A stretch of DNA of 64,000 nucleotides from an uncultured Achromobacter sp. (GTDB taxonomy: Bacteria > Pseudomonadota > Gammaproteobacteria > Burkholderiales > Burkholderiaceae_B): contig CAUSDE010000026.1 in assembly GCA_963530045.1 (NCBI GenBank), forward strand, positions 10,417-74,416. Reading direction: 5' to 3'. The notes beneath the pieces are model-generated. The model was not told the origin of the DNA. It did not search any database and saw only the letters and a program-made list of their open reading frames with translations. Position numbers and translations under genes: made by a program. Positions 9,792-19,444 of this stretch are shown piece after piece. Within the stretch, counting starts at the first letter, position 1. Each line of letters opens with the position of its first letter.

Positions 9792-10984
9792 TGGGCTCCG
9801 CCATGCAATCGACGGGCGGGCCGCTGGCAGGCGTGCGCGTGCTGGACCTCAGCGCCTACATCGCCGGGCCCTACGGCTGCGCGCTGCTGGCAGATCAGGG
9901 GGCCGACGTCATCAAGGTCGAGCCTCCCGGCGGCGACAACCTGCGCAAGTACCCGTCCACGCTGGCGGCCGAGAGCCGCGCTTTCCTGGGCGTGAACCGC
10001 GGCAAACGCGGACTGGTCCTGGACCTGAAGACCCCGCAAGCGCTAGCCGTGCTGCATGAACTGGCGAGCCAGGCGGACGTGCTGGTGCACAACTTCCGGC
10101 CCAGCGTGCCGGCACGCCTGGGCATCGCCTATGAGCAATTGGCCGAGATCAACGCGCGCCTGATTTACTGCGCCGTCACGGGCTATGGCGAAACGGGTCC
10201 GTTGAAGGACAAGGCGGGCTACGACCAGGTGCTGCAGACGATGACGGGCATGTGCGCCCTGCAGGGCAAGGCCGAGGGGCCGCCCGAGATCCTGTACGGA
10301 TCGGTGGTGGACTACTATGCCTCGTCCATGGTGGCGGCGGGCGTGGCGTCCGCGCTGTATGAGCGCGAACGCAGCGGTCGCGGCCAGTTCGTGGGCGTAT
10401 CGCTGTTGCGCAGCGCGCTGGCCTTGCAGTCGGCAAGACTGGTCTGGGCCGAAGGCGAACCGCGCGACATCGGGCGCGACATGCGCTCGGGCGGCATCAC
10501 GGGCATCCATCCCACCGGAGAGGGGTATCTGTACATCTCGGCCAATACGCCGCATTTCTGGCAGGCGCTGTGCGCCAAGACCGGCCTGCCCGAGCTTGCC
10601 GCCGACGACCGCTATGACTCGGTGCGCAAACGCGCTGAACACCGCGACGAGATCGTGCCCCGCCTGCACGCCGCGCTGCGCGCGCGCACGGCGCTGGAAT
10701 GGGAAGCCTGGTTCGGCGAAGAGGTGCCTTGCGCCGCCGCGCGCGGCGTAGAAGACATGTTCGACTTCCCGCAAGTGCAGGCCGAAAACATGGTCACGAC
10801 GTTCACGCATCCCGTGGTGGGCAGCTATCGCGGATTCGCCCAGGCCATCAAGTTCGGCCGTAGCCAGACGGAAGCCCCCCGCGCCGCGCCCGCCTTCGGA
10901 GAACATAGCGAAGCGGTGCTGGCGGAGGCGGGGATATCGGCAGAACGGGTGGCGGCGTTGCGGGAACGGGGAGCGCTGGGATGA
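9788..10984 (+). CDS. Family III CoA-transferase (CaiB/BaiF)
   Basis: GPLAGVRVLDLS, GADVIKVEPPGGD, NRGKR, HNFRP, catalytic-region D in VVDYY. Confidence 0.95.
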   Translation: MMGSAMQSTGGPLAGVRVLDLSAYIAGPYGCALLADQGADVIKVEPPGGDNLRKYPSTLAAESRAFLGVNRGKRGLVLDLKTPQALAVLHELASQADVLVHNFRPSVPARLGIAYEQLAEINARLIYCAVTGYGETGPLKDKAGYDQVLQTMTGMCALQGKAEGPPEILYGSVVDYYASSMVAAGVASALYERERSGRGQFVGVSLLRSALALQSARLVWAEGEPRDIGRDMRSGGITGIHPTGEGYLYISANTPHFWQALCAKTGLPELAADDRYDSVRKRAEHRDEIVPRLHAALRARTALEWEAWFGEEVPCAAARGVEDMFDFPQVQAENMVTTFTHPVVGSYRGFAQAIKFGRSQTEAPRAAPAFGEHSEAVLAEAGISAERVAALRERGALG

Positions 10985-10994
10985 GGCCCGACGT

Positions 10995-12431
10995 CTAACC
11001 CGTCACCGCCGGCGCGCCGCCCAATGCCGCCAGGCATTCGTCCAGCGCAGGGATGGTCCGCGCCAGCGCGTCGACGGCGGCGGCGTCCACTTTGGACAGG
11101 GGCGGGATTTCGGCCAGCACGCGCACGTCGCCGAAGCGTTCAATGGCTTCCTTGTTGCCCGCCGACAGCGGGCCGCTCATGACGACGCCCAGGACGGGGA
11201 TGCCGCGGCGCTTGAGCGCTTCCAGGCTCAGCAACGTGTGGTTGATGGTGCCCAGGCCGCTGCGCGCGGCCAGCACCACCGGCATGTCCAGACGGGCGAT
11301 CAGGTCGATCATCATGTGCGTGTCGTCAATGGGCACGTACAGGCCGCCCGCGCCTTCCACGATCAAGGGGGCGTCGGTCGTCGGCGGCACGATGGTGGTC
11401 GCGTCGACCACGGTGTCTTCCAGCGTGGCGGCGGCCCAGGGCGACAGTGGCGCTTGCAGCACATAGGCCGGCAAATGCAGGCGTTCGGGCGGCAACTGGG
11501 CCAGCTGCGCCACGGTGTCGGTGTCGCCGGGTTCTTCGGACACGCCGGTTTGCACCGGCTTCCAGTAGTCGGCGTTCCAGGCGCGCGCCAGGATGGCGGA
11601 CACCAATGTCTTGCCGATGCCGGTGTCCGTGCCGGTCACGAAAACCCCGGCGGGGCGTTGAGTCGTTTTTTTCCACATACCGTAGGCCAGGTGATACGTC
11701 ACCGTGGCTCCTTGTTCGTCAAATGCCGCCAGCACGCGGCGCAGTGCCGCCGCGCTGAGCGGCGGCCGCCCGGGCGCGGGCGTGGTGGCGCCGATGCCTT
11801 TCAGGCCCTTCAGGAAAGCCAGGCCGTCAGGATGATTATGTATCAGCCGTTCGCTGTGGACGCTACCGGCCAAATTGCCCATGGCCGGACGGATGGCGGC
11901 GCGGGCAGGGTAGTGTGGCGTGGCTGCCACGAGGCCCGTGGCGTGATGGGCGGCCCGCCATTCGCCGAAGGTGCCGTCGGCCAGCGTCGCGACGGCCAGA
12001 TGTCCGCCCGGCGCCAATAGCGCGGCCAGCCGGCCCAGGCCGGCGTTCAGGTCCGTGAACCATTGGACGGCCAGGCTGGAGCAGATCAGGTCGTAGGGGC
12101 CTGCAAGACCATGGGGGTATTCGCCGTCCAGCACCTGGAACCTTGCCGTGCCCGGCAGCGCTGGGCCCCGCTGCGAGGCGGCGAGCATCGCCGGCGAGAT
12201 GTCGGTGACCGTCCAGTCGGCCGGCCCCAGCCGGCGGGCCAGCGCCTGGGTCAGCAAGCCGGTGCCGCAGCCGATCTCCAGGATGCGGGGGCGTGGGGGC
12301 AGGCGCAGCCGGGCGATATCGCCGGCCAGGCGTTCGGCCGTGATGCGCTGGACGGGCGCATGGTCTTCGTAGCGGTGGGCGGCCGCGCCGAAACGGGCGG
12401 CGACTTGCGGCTTGCGTGGGGCTTGCGTCAT
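10995..12431 (-). CDS. bioD: Fused BioC-like SAM methyltransferase / dethiobiotin synthase BioD
   Basis: N-half ILEIGCGTG, DLICSSLAVQW; C-half GVFVTGTDTGIGKT, KPVQTG, VEGAGG, LGTINHT in one continuous ORF. Confidence 0.92.
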   Translation of the reverse strand: MTQAPRKPQVAARFGAAAHRYEDHAPVQRITAERLAGDIARLRLPPRPRILEIGCGTGLLTQALARRLGPADWTVTDISPAMLAASQRGPALPGTARFQVLDGEYPHGLAGPYDLICSSLAVQWFTDLNAGLGRLAALLAPGGHLAVATLADGTFGEWRAAHHATGLVAATPHYPARAAIRPAMGNLAGSVHSERLIHNHPDGLAFLKGLKGIGATTPAPGRPPLSAAALRRVLAAFDEQGATVTYHLAYGMWKKTTQRPAGVFVTGTDTGIGKTLVSAILARAWNADYWKPVQTGVSEEPGDTDTVAQLAQLPPERLHLPAYVLQAPLSPWAAATLEDTVVDATTIVPPTTDAPLIVEGAGGLYVPIDDTHMMIDLIARLDMPVVLAARSGLGTINHTLLSLEALKRRGIPVLGVVMSGPLSAGNKEAIERFGDVRVLAEIPPLSKVDAAAVDALARTIPALDECLAALGGAPAVTG

Positions 12432-12455
12432 GGTGCGTGCAGTCAGGCCAGGCAA

Positions 12456-13133
12456 TCAGGCCGCCTGAGTCGATCGGGTGATGAACGCGGCGATATGGCG
12501 CGCGCACCATGACGCGTCCGTCACCGGCAACAGATGGCCGCCCTGTTCCCGGTCGTGCCGTTCGTCTTCCGCCCGGCCGCCAAACGCGGCGTGCGTCATC
12601 GCCGCCGACACGATCGGGTCCGCCTGGCCTGCCAGGATCAGCAGCGGAACGGGCAGGGCCGCCAGCGCGCCGCGCTGGTCTTCGTCGCGTAGCGCTTCCA
12701 GGTCTTGCCCCAGCGTTTCCAGCCGCGGTTCGCCAAAGGCAGAGGCGTCGCCGCAGCGCTGGCGGAAGTCTTGCAGTACCGCGGTCGGATCGGCCGACAG
12801 GCGCTTGACCATGCGGTCCAGCATGCGGCGCGGTACGCCGGCGTCGAAGTCCGGCGCGGCGCCAAAGCGCGGGAAGCCGTTGATCGAGACCAGTCCGCGG
12901 CAATCCGCTGGCAAGCCACGCAGCAGCCGCAGCACGCCCATCGAATGGCCGATGGCGATGACCGGGCCGTCGATTGTCGGGAGGTGCGCCGGCCCGAAGT
13001 AACCGGCATCGGCCGCCGCTTGCGGCCAATCGCGCAGTTCGGCGCGCAGCGGCGCCCAGACCGAGGCGTCGAAGGCCCAGCCATGGACGAACAGCAGCGT
13101 GGGGCGGACGGGCAGGGGGCTGAAGTCCGTCAT
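12456..13133 (-). CDS. bioH: BioH-like alpha/beta hydrolase (pimeloyl-ACP methyl ester esterase)
   Basis: FVHGW, GHSMG nucleophile motif, D and H catalytic region; ATGA overlap with the bioF stop. Confidence 0.85.
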   Translation of the reverse strand: MTDFSPLPVRPTLLFVHGWAFDASVWAPLRAELRDWPQAAADAGYFGPAHLPTIDGPVIAIGHSMGVLRLLRGLPADCRGLVSINGFPRFGAAPDFDAGVPRRMLDRMVKRLSADPTAVLQDFRQRCGDASAFGEPRLETLGQDLEALRDEDQRGALAALPVPLLILAGQADPIVSAAMTHAAFGGRAEDERHDREQGGHLLPVTDASWCARHIAAFITRSTQAA

Positions 13134-14317
13134 GCCAGCACCGCCGCAAAGCCGGCGATCAGTTGCGCCACGTCGGCGTCGCGGTGGGCGGCGCTGAGCG
13201 TCACGCGCAGCCGGCTGGTGCCGGCGGGCACGGTGGGCGGGCGGATCGCCACGGCCAGCAGGCCCCGCTGCTCCAGGTTGGCGGCCATCGCCAGCGCGCG
13301 GCCTTCGTCGCCCACCATGGCAGGCACGATCTGGGTGGAGGAAGCGCCGGTGTCCAGCCCCAAACCCTGAAGCGCGGCGCGCAGATGGTCGCCGGCCGCC
13401 GCCAGCCGGGCGCGTTCGGCGTCCAGTGTGGGCACGAGGTCCAGGGCGGCGTCCATCGCGCCCAGCACCGAGGGCGGCAGCGCCGTGGTGTAGATGAATC
13501 CCGAGCACGTGTTGATCAGGTAGTCGCACAGCGCGCGGGATCCCGCCACGTAGGCGCCGAAGCCGCCCAGCGCCTTGCTGAAGGTACCCATCGCCAAGTC
13601 GATGCGGCCCGGCGCCAAGCCGGCCAGCCCCATGCCGTTGGGGCCGAGCACGCCCGTTGCGTGGGCTTCGTCCAGATAGACGAAGGCCTGATGGCGATCG
13701 GCCAGTTCGGCCAGCCGGACGACGTCGGTCCGGTCGCCATCCATGCTGAACACGCTTTCCGTAATGATGAATCGGGAGACGGGCTTGTCCGACCCCTCTG
13801 CGGCCCGGGCTGCAAGCAGACGCTCCAGGTGGTCCAGGTCGTTGTGCCGGAAACGGATCTGCTTCACGCCGGCCGCCTGGCAACCATGGTGCAGGCTGGC
13901 GTGGTTCAACTTGTCGGCATACAGCTCGACCTCGCCCCGGGTGGCGGCGGCGCGCAGTAAGGCGGGCAGCACGGCGGCATTGGCCTGCCAGCCAGAGGCC
14001 AGCACGAGCGCGGCCTCGGTGCCTTTCAGGCGCGCCAGCTTGGCTTCCACCTGCTCGTGCAGGTCCAGGTTGCCGCAGACCAGGCGTGACGCCTGGGCGC
14101 CCGCCCCGTGGCGGGCCGCCCATTCCCGGGCACGCTCGATCAAGAGCGGGTGCCAGGACAGGCCCAGGTAGTCGTTGCTGGAAAAATTCAGCACAGGCGC
14201 GCCGTTTAGCACGATCCGGCCGGGCGGCGCCGCCGTGGCGGTGCGCAGGCGGCGGCGCACGCGGCGGGTGTCGGCCAAGGCCAACTCGGAGGAAAACAGG
14301 GAATCCAGCTTTGACAT
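13130..14317 (-). CDS. bioF: 8-amino-7-oxononanoate synthase
   Basis: NFSSNDYLGL, NHASL, ESVFSMDGD, DEAHATG, TFSKALG, IRPPTVP. Confidence 0.97.
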   Translation of the reverse strand: MSKLDSLFSSELALADTRRVRRRLRTATAAPPGRIVLNGAPVLNFSSNDYLGLSWHPLLIERAREWAARHGAGAQASRLVCGNLDLHEQVEAKLARLKGTEAALVLASGWQANAAVLPALLRAAATRGEVELYADKLNHASLHHGCQAAGVKQIRFRHNDLDHLERLLAARAAEGSDKPVSRFIITESVFSMDGDRTDVVRLAELADRHQAFVYLDEAHATGVLGPNGMGLAGLAPGRIDLAMGTFSKALGGFGAYVAGSRALCDYLINTCSGFIYTTALPPSVLGAMDAALDLVPTLDAERARLAAAGDHLRAALQGLGLDTGASSTQIVPAMVGDEGRALAMAANLEQRGLLAVAIRPPTVPAGTSRLRVTLSAAHRDADVAQLIAGFAAVLA

Positions 14318-14464
14318 CAATCGTTCCGGCAGCGGCCGGGCGCAGGGGTCGCCCGCGCCAGGCCGTAGAATGCGGGCCATTGTAGTGGAGGCGCGCGCGG
14401 CGCTTTTCGGGGACAAACCTTCCCGGAATAGCCGGGCCGCCGCCGGTTTTTGCGGAGTTCAATC

Positions 14465-15733
14465 ATGCACACGCCCGACTGGGTGGCCCAGGGCCAGCCT
14501 CATATCTGGCTTCCCTATGCCCAAATGAAGACGGCCACGCCGCCGCTGCCGGTCGTGCGCAGCCACGGCAGCCGGCTGGAACTGGCCGACGGGCGCAGCC
14601 TGATCGACGGCGTGGCGTCCTGGTGGACGGCTTGCCATGGCTACAACCACCCGCACATCGCCCAGGCGGTGCGCGGGCAGCTGGAGGCCATGCCGCACGT
14701 GATGTTCGGCGGGCTGACCCACGAACCCGCCCTGAACCTGGCGCGCCGGCTGGCCGGATTGCTGGGCCCGGGGCTGGACCGGGTCTTCTATACCGATTCG
14801 GGCTCGGTGGCGGTGGAAGTCGCCATGAAGATGGCCGTGCAGTTCTGGTTGAACCAGGGCGAACGTGGCCGCAGCCGCTTCCTGGCGTTTCGCGGCGGCT
14901 ATCACGGCGACACGTTCGGCACCATGGCCGTGTGCGACCCGGACGAGGGCATGCACAGCCTGTTCCGCGGCATGCTGGCCGAGCATGACATCGTCGACCT
15001 GCCGCGCGACGAGGCCTCGATGGCGGCGCTGGACCAATTCCTGGAGACGCGCGGCCCGCAACTGGCCGGCATCCTCGTCGAACCCCTGGTGCAGGGGGCG
15101 GGCGGCATGCTGCTGCATGATCCGGAAGTGCTGCGCCGTCTGCGCCGGCTGGCGGACCGCCACGGGCTCTTGCTGATCTTTGACGAGATCTTCACCGGGT
15201 TCGGGCGCACGGGCACGATGTTCGCATTCGAGCAGGCCGGTATCCGGCCCGACATCATCACCTTGTCCAAAGCGCTGACGGGCGGCACGCTGCCCCTGGC
15301 CGCCACGGTGGCCAGCAACCGGGTGTTCGAGGCGTTCTGGTCCGATGACCCGGCGCACGCGCTGATGCACGGCCCCACCTTCATGGGCAACGCGCTCGCC
15401 TGCGCGGCCGCCAATGCCTCATTGGACCTGTTCGAGTCCGAGCCCCGGCTGGCGCAGGCGCAAAACCTGTCGACGGCGCTGGCCGCCGGCCTGGAGCCCT
15501 GTCGCGACTTGCCCTGGGTGCGCGACGTGCGCGTGCTGGGCGCCATCGGCGTGGTGGAACTGGACGGCATCGCTGACCGCGAAGCCCTCAAGCGCCGGCT
15601 GGTCGAGGCCGGCGTCTGGGTCCGCCCGTTCGGCAACGTCGTCTACCTGACGCCGGCGTTGACCATTGCCGACGACGAACTGGCCGCCCTGATGCGCGCC
15701 GTGGTGGACGTGCTGCGCCAGCAACGCCCCTGA
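14465..15733 (+). CDS. bioA: Adenosylmethionine-8-amino-7-oxononanoate aminotransferase
   Basis: IWLPYAQM, SWW, SGSVAVEVAMK, YHGDT, DEIFTGFGRTG, KALTGG, HGPTFMGN. Confidence 0.97.
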   Translation: MHTPDWVAQGQPHIWLPYAQMKTATPPLPVVRSHGSRLELADGRSLIDGVASWWTACHGYNHPHIAQAVRGQLEAMPHVMFGGLTHEPALNLARRLAGLLGPGLDRVFYTDSGSVAVEVAMKMAVQFWLNQGERGRSRFLAFRGGYHGDTFGTMAVCDPDEGMHSLFRGMLAEHDIVDLPRDEASMAALDQFLETRGPQLAGILVEPLVQGAGGMLLHDPEVLRRLRRLADRHGLLLIFDEIFTGFGRTGTMFAFEQAGIRPDIITLSKALTGGTLPLAATVASNRVFEAFWSDDPAHALMHGPTFMGNALACAAANASLDLFESEPRLAQAQNLSTALAAGLEPCRDLPWVRDVRVLGAIGVVELDGIADREALKRRLVEAGVWVRPFGNVVYLTPALTIADDELAALMRAVVDVLRQQRP

Positions 15734-15738
15734 CGCGG

Positions 15739-15758
15739 CGGGCGGCTTCGGCCGCCCG
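15739..15758 (+). terminator. GC hairpin with UUCG loop after bioA (terminator or stabiliser)
   Basis: CGGGCGGC-TTCG-GCCGCCCG; no U-tract. Confidence 0.5.
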
Positions 15759-15789
15759 GCACCCCCAGCGGCAAGGCGCGGAAAGCGCC

Positions 15790-15803
15790 TTGATCCAGAT
15801 CAA
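15790..15803 (+). promoter_or_regulatory. FNR/Btr/ANR box upstream of ccoI-like/ccoS
   Basis: TTGAT-CCAG-ATCAA exact consensus inside the longer palindrome 15785-15808; -10-like TACCAT at 15826-15831. Confidence 0.9.
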
Positions 15804-15837
15804 GGCGCCCCTTAAGGGGGCTGGTTACCATCGGCGC

Positions 15838-16809
15838 ATGCGAGCAAAATCGATCTTCGCCGTCCCTGCCTGCCTGTCTGATGCCGATCGCCAGCAGCGC
15901 CGCCACGCGCTGGTGCGCCTGTCGCTTGCCTGGCTGGCCATGATGCAGGTCATGATGTTCGCGTGGCCCGGCTACCTGCGGCACGACAGCATGCCCGCGG
16001 ACGCCCTGGAAACGCTGGACTGGGCCATCGTGCTGATGAACTGGGCCAGCTTCGCGCTGACCATCCCCGTGGTGCTGTATTCGGCTTGGCCCATCTGGCG
16101 CCACGCCGGCGACAACCTGCGCCACGGCCGCGCCGGCATGGACGTGCCGGTGGCGCTTGGCATCGTCGCGGCCTTCATCCCCAGCGTGCACGCCACCTGG
16201 ACGGGGCGCGGCGAAGTCTATTTCGATTCCGTGACGATGTTCGTGGCGTTCCTGCTGACCGCACGATATCTCGAACTCTGCGCGCGCCAGTCCTTCGGCG
16301 CGGCAGGCGGGCAGCGGCACCAGCGGGTCGAGGCCCAGCGCCTGGACCTGGGCGCCCGCGCCGACCGCCTGGCCTCGCGCTTCGTCCTGGCGCAGGTGGC
16401 GCTTGCGCTTGCCGCGGCGGCCGCCTGGGCCTATGTCGATCCCGCGCACAGCATCCCGGTGATGGTGGCGCTGCTGGTCATGAGCTGCCCCTGCGCCATG
16501 TCGATGGCGGTGCCCACGGCCATGGCCTCGGCGCATTCGGCGCTGGCGGCGCACCCGCACATGCCCGATGCCGCGCTGGACGAACTCTTGCGGCAAGCCC
16601 GCCACAAGGCCCGCCAGAACCTCTACGGATCGCTGATCTGGCACCTGCTCATGACGCCGCTGGCGCTGGTGGGCTGGGTCACGCCGTGGCTGGCCGCGAT
16701 CACCATGCTGGTGTCGTCGCTGGCGGTGGCCTATAACTCCTGGCGCCTTTGCCGCCGCGACTGGTCCGGCGAGCCCTCGCCGTCCGGCGTGCTGGAAGCC
16801 GTGCAATGA
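15838..16809 (+). CDS. ccoI: CcoI/FixI-like P1B-ATPase membrane domain only (lacks HMA, actuator and P/N domains)
   Basis: AMMQVMM, GMDVPVALG, YFDSVTMF, ARYLE, ADR, SCPCA, RQNL, TPWLAAITMLVSS; no TGE, DKTGT or GDGxND. Confidence 0.85.
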   Translation: MRAKSIFAVPACLSDADRQQRRHALVRLSLAWLAMMQVMMFAWPGYLRHDSMPADALETLDWAIVLMNWASFALTIPVVLYSAWPIWRHAGDNLRHGRAGMDVPVALGIVAAFIPSVHATWTGRGEVYFDSVTMFVAFLLTARYLELCARQSFGAAGGQRHQRVEAQRLDLGARADRLASRFVLAQVALALAAAAAWAYVDPAHSIPVMVALLVMSCPCAMSMAVPTAMASAHSALAAHPHMPDAALDELLRQARHKARQNLYGSLIWHLLMTPLALVGWVTPWLAAITMLVSSLAVAYNSWRLCRRDWSGEPSPSGVLEAVQ

Positions 16810-16967
16810 CCATCCTGTACCTGCTGCTGCCACTGTCCCTGCTGTTCGTGCTGGCGATCGGCATATCGCTGTGGTGGGCCGTCTTCAACGGCCAATATGA
16901 CGATACCGACAACGCCGGCACGGCCATTCTGCGCGACGACGACAGCGGCCCCGCCAGCCGCGGCTGA
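16806..16967 (+). CDS. ccoS: cbb3 oxidase assembly protein CcoS/FixS
   Basis: MTILYLLLPLS...WWAVFNGQYDD; ATGA overlap with ccoI-like. Confidence 0.92.
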   Translation: MTILYLLLPLSLLFVLAIGISLWWAVFNGQYDDTDNAGTAILRDDDSGPASRG

Positions 16968-17126
16968 ACGCCGCTGCGCAGCGCGTGCCAGCTTGGCGCC
17001 TTGCGCGCGTTTCGCGCCGCGTCGGCCGCGACGCGGCAACGCGACCGCGATCCGGCCGCAACATTCGCCTATCTCCTTGCCATTGCGTTGCGCCGACGCC
17101 GCGTTCCCCTGCGGGCCGTCTGGCGC

Positions 17127-17140
17127 TTGATCCATATCAA
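17127..17140 (+). promoter_or_regulatory. FNR box upstream of ccoNOQP
   Basis: TTGAT-CCAT-ATCAA. Confidence 0.9.
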
Positions 17141-17206
17141 CGCCGACTTGTGTGACTAGTCCCATCATCTGAGCCTGGAGCTATTTGTTACTTTGGGGGA
17201 AGGGTG

Positions 17207-18694
17207 ATGAACGATTGCGCCGCAATCGCAAGCAAGGCCGAAACCTTCAACTACAAGATCGTGAGGCAGTTCGCGCTCATGACGGTGGTTTGGGGCATTG
17301 TCGGCATGGCTGTGGGCGTTTTTATCGCCGCGCAGCTGATTTGGCCTCAGTTGAATTTCGATACCGCATGGCTGAGCTACGGCCGCCTGCGCCCGCTGCA
17401 CACCAACGCGGTGATCTTCGCCTTCGGCGGCAGCGCGCTGTTCACGACGTCGTACTACGTCGTCCAGCGCACCTGTCAGGCCCGCCTGTTCTGTGGCCCC
17501 TTGGCCGCCTTCACGTTCTGGGGCTGGCAGATCGTCATCGTCGCCGCCGCCATCACGCTGCCGATGGGATTCACCAGCAGCAAGGAATACGCCGAACTCG
17601 AATGGCCGATCGACATCCTGATCACGCTGGTCTGGGTGGCGTACGCCATCGTGTTCTTCGGCACGATCATCAAGCGCCGTTCCAAGCACATCTACGTGGC
17701 CAACTGGTTCTTCGGCTCGTACATCCTGACCATCGCCATCCTGCACATCTTCAACAACATAGAAATGCCGGTGTCGTTGTGGAAGTCGTATTCGGCGTAC
17801 TCCGGCGTCCAGGATGCCATGGTGCAGTGGTGGTACGGCCATAACGCGGTGGGCTTCTTCCTGACCACCAGCTTCCTGGGCATGATGTATTACTTCGTGC
17901 CCAAGCAGGCCGGCCGCCCGATCTATTCGTACCGCCTGTCCATCGTCCACTTCTGGGCGCTGGCCTTCACGTACATGTGGGCGGGCCCGCACCACCTGCT
18001 GTACACGTCGCTGCCCGACTGGACCCAGTCGCTGGGCATGACGTTCTCGCTGATCCTGCTGGCGCCTTCCTGGGGCGGCATGATCAACGGCATCATGACC
18101 CTGCAGGGCGCCTGGTACAAGCTGCGCACCGACCCGATCCTGAAGTTCATGGTGACGGCGCTGTCGTTCTACGGCATGTCGACCTTCGAAGGTTCGATGA
18201 TGTCGATCCGCACGGTCAACGCGCTGTCGCACTACACGGACTGGACCATCGGCCACGTGCACTCCGGCGCGCTGGGCTGGGTCGCCATGATTTCCTTCGG
18301 TTCCCTGTACTACCTGATCCCACGCCTGTACGGCCGCGAAAAGATGTACAGCGTGAAGGCGATCGAACTGCATTTCTGGATTGCGACCATCGGCGTGGTG
18401 CTGTACATCGCCGCCATGTGGATCGCCGGGGTGCAGCAGGGCCTGATGTGGCGCGATACCGCTTCCGACGGCACGCTGGTCTACAGCTTCGTCGAGGAAC
18501 TGAAGACGCGCGTCCCGTACTACCTGATCCGTTTGCTGGGTGGCACGTTGTTCCTGTCTGGTGTGTTTGTCATGGCCTGGAACGTGTGGAAGACGGTGCG
18601 CGGCGCGCAACCGGTCAACCCCGCCATTCCGCAAGACGATCCCCACGCCGCTCGCTCGCCGGTCGTTGCGACCGCCGCGCCGGCTACTGTTTGA
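17207..18694 (+). CDS. ccoN: cbb3-type cytochrome c oxidase subunit I
   Basis: [45 protein letters not shown]. Confidence 0.98.
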   Translation: MNDCAAIASKAETFNYKIVRQFALMTVVWGIVGMAVGVFIAAQLIWPQLNFDTAWLSYGRLRPLHTNAVIFAFGGSALFTTSYYVVQRTCQARLFCGPLAAFTFWGWQIVIVAAAITLPMGFTSSKEYAELEWPIDILITLVWVAYAIVFFGTIIKRRSKHIYVANWFFGSYILTIAILHIFNNIEMPVSLWKSYSAYSGVQDAMVQWWYGHNAVGFFLTTSFLGMMYYFVPKQAGRPIYSYRLSIVHFWALAFTYMWAGPHHLLYTSLPDWTQSLGMTFSLILLAPSWGGMINGIMTLQGAWYKLRTDPILKFMVTALSFYGMSTFEGSMMSIRTVNALSHYTDWTIGHVHSGALGWVAMISFGSLYYLIPRLYGREKMYSVKAIELHFWIATIGVVLYIAAMWIAGVQQGLMWRDTASDGTLVYSFVEELKTRVPYYLIRLLGGTLFLSGVFVMAWNVWKTVRGAQPVNPAIPQDDPHAARSPVVATAAPATV

Positions 18695-18704
18695 CGAGGA
18701 CATC

Positions 18705-19442
18705 ATGGCCAACAAGAAACCTGGCTTCTTTTCCCACCAGACGCTTGAGAAGAACATCGGCTGGATGATCATCGCCAGCATCCTGGTGGTGTCCTTCGCG
18801 GGCCTGGTCCAGATCGTTCCGCTGTTCTTCCAGCACAGCACGACCCAGCCCGTCGCAGGCGTCGAACCCTACAGCCCGTTGCGGCTGATGGGGCGCGACG
18901 TGTACATCCGCGAAGGCTGCGTCGGCTGCCATTCGCAGCAAGTGCGCGTGCTGGCGGCGGAAGTGCAGCGCTACGGCTCGTACTCGACGGCGGCGGAATC
19001 GGTCTTCGACCATCCGTTCCTGTGGGGGTCCAAGCGCACCGGTCCGGACCTGGCCCGCGTCGGCGAGCGCTACTCCGACGATTGGCACCGCATCCACTTG
19101 CGCGATCCGCGCAAGGTGGTGCCCGAGTCGAACATGCCCGCCTATCCGTGGCTGGAAAAGACGGTCATCACCGGCCAGAACGTGGCCGAGCGCATGCGGG
19201 CGCTGCGCGTCCTGGGCGTGCCCTACACCGACGCCGACATCGCGGCCGCACCCAAGGCCATCGAGGGCAAGACCGAAGAGGACGCGCTGGTGGCTTACCT
19301 GCAGGAGCTGGGCGTAGGCGTGCGCAAGGCCCAGGCCAAGCAGGCCGAAGACGCCAGGAAGGCCGAAGCGGCCAAGAAGGCGGCAGCGCCTACCGCGCAG
19401 TCCGCCGTGCAACCCGCCGCGCAAGCGGCGACGGGAGGCTGA
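18705..19442 (+). CDS. ccoO: cbb3 oxidase subunit II
   Basis: [30 protein letters not shown]; Ala/Lys-rich tail. Confidence 0.97.
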   Translation: MANKKPGFFSHQTLEKNIGWMIIASILVVSFAGLVQIVPLFFQHSTTQPVAGVEPYSPLRLMGRDVYIREGCVGCHSQQVRVLAAEVQRYGSYSTAAESVFDHPFLWGSKRTGPDLARVGERYSDDWHRIHLRDPRKVVPESNMPAYPWLEKTVITGQNVAERMRALRVLGVPYTDADIAAAPKAIEGKTEEDALVAYLQELGVGVRKAQAKQAEDARKAEAAKKAAAPTAQSAVQPAAQAATGG

Positions 19443-19444
19443 TC

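Noticed and set aside
12456..14462. 668-aa ORF suggesting a long BioH fusion
   Set aside because: The N-terminal part is an off-frame overlap with bioF; the real start is ATG 13133.
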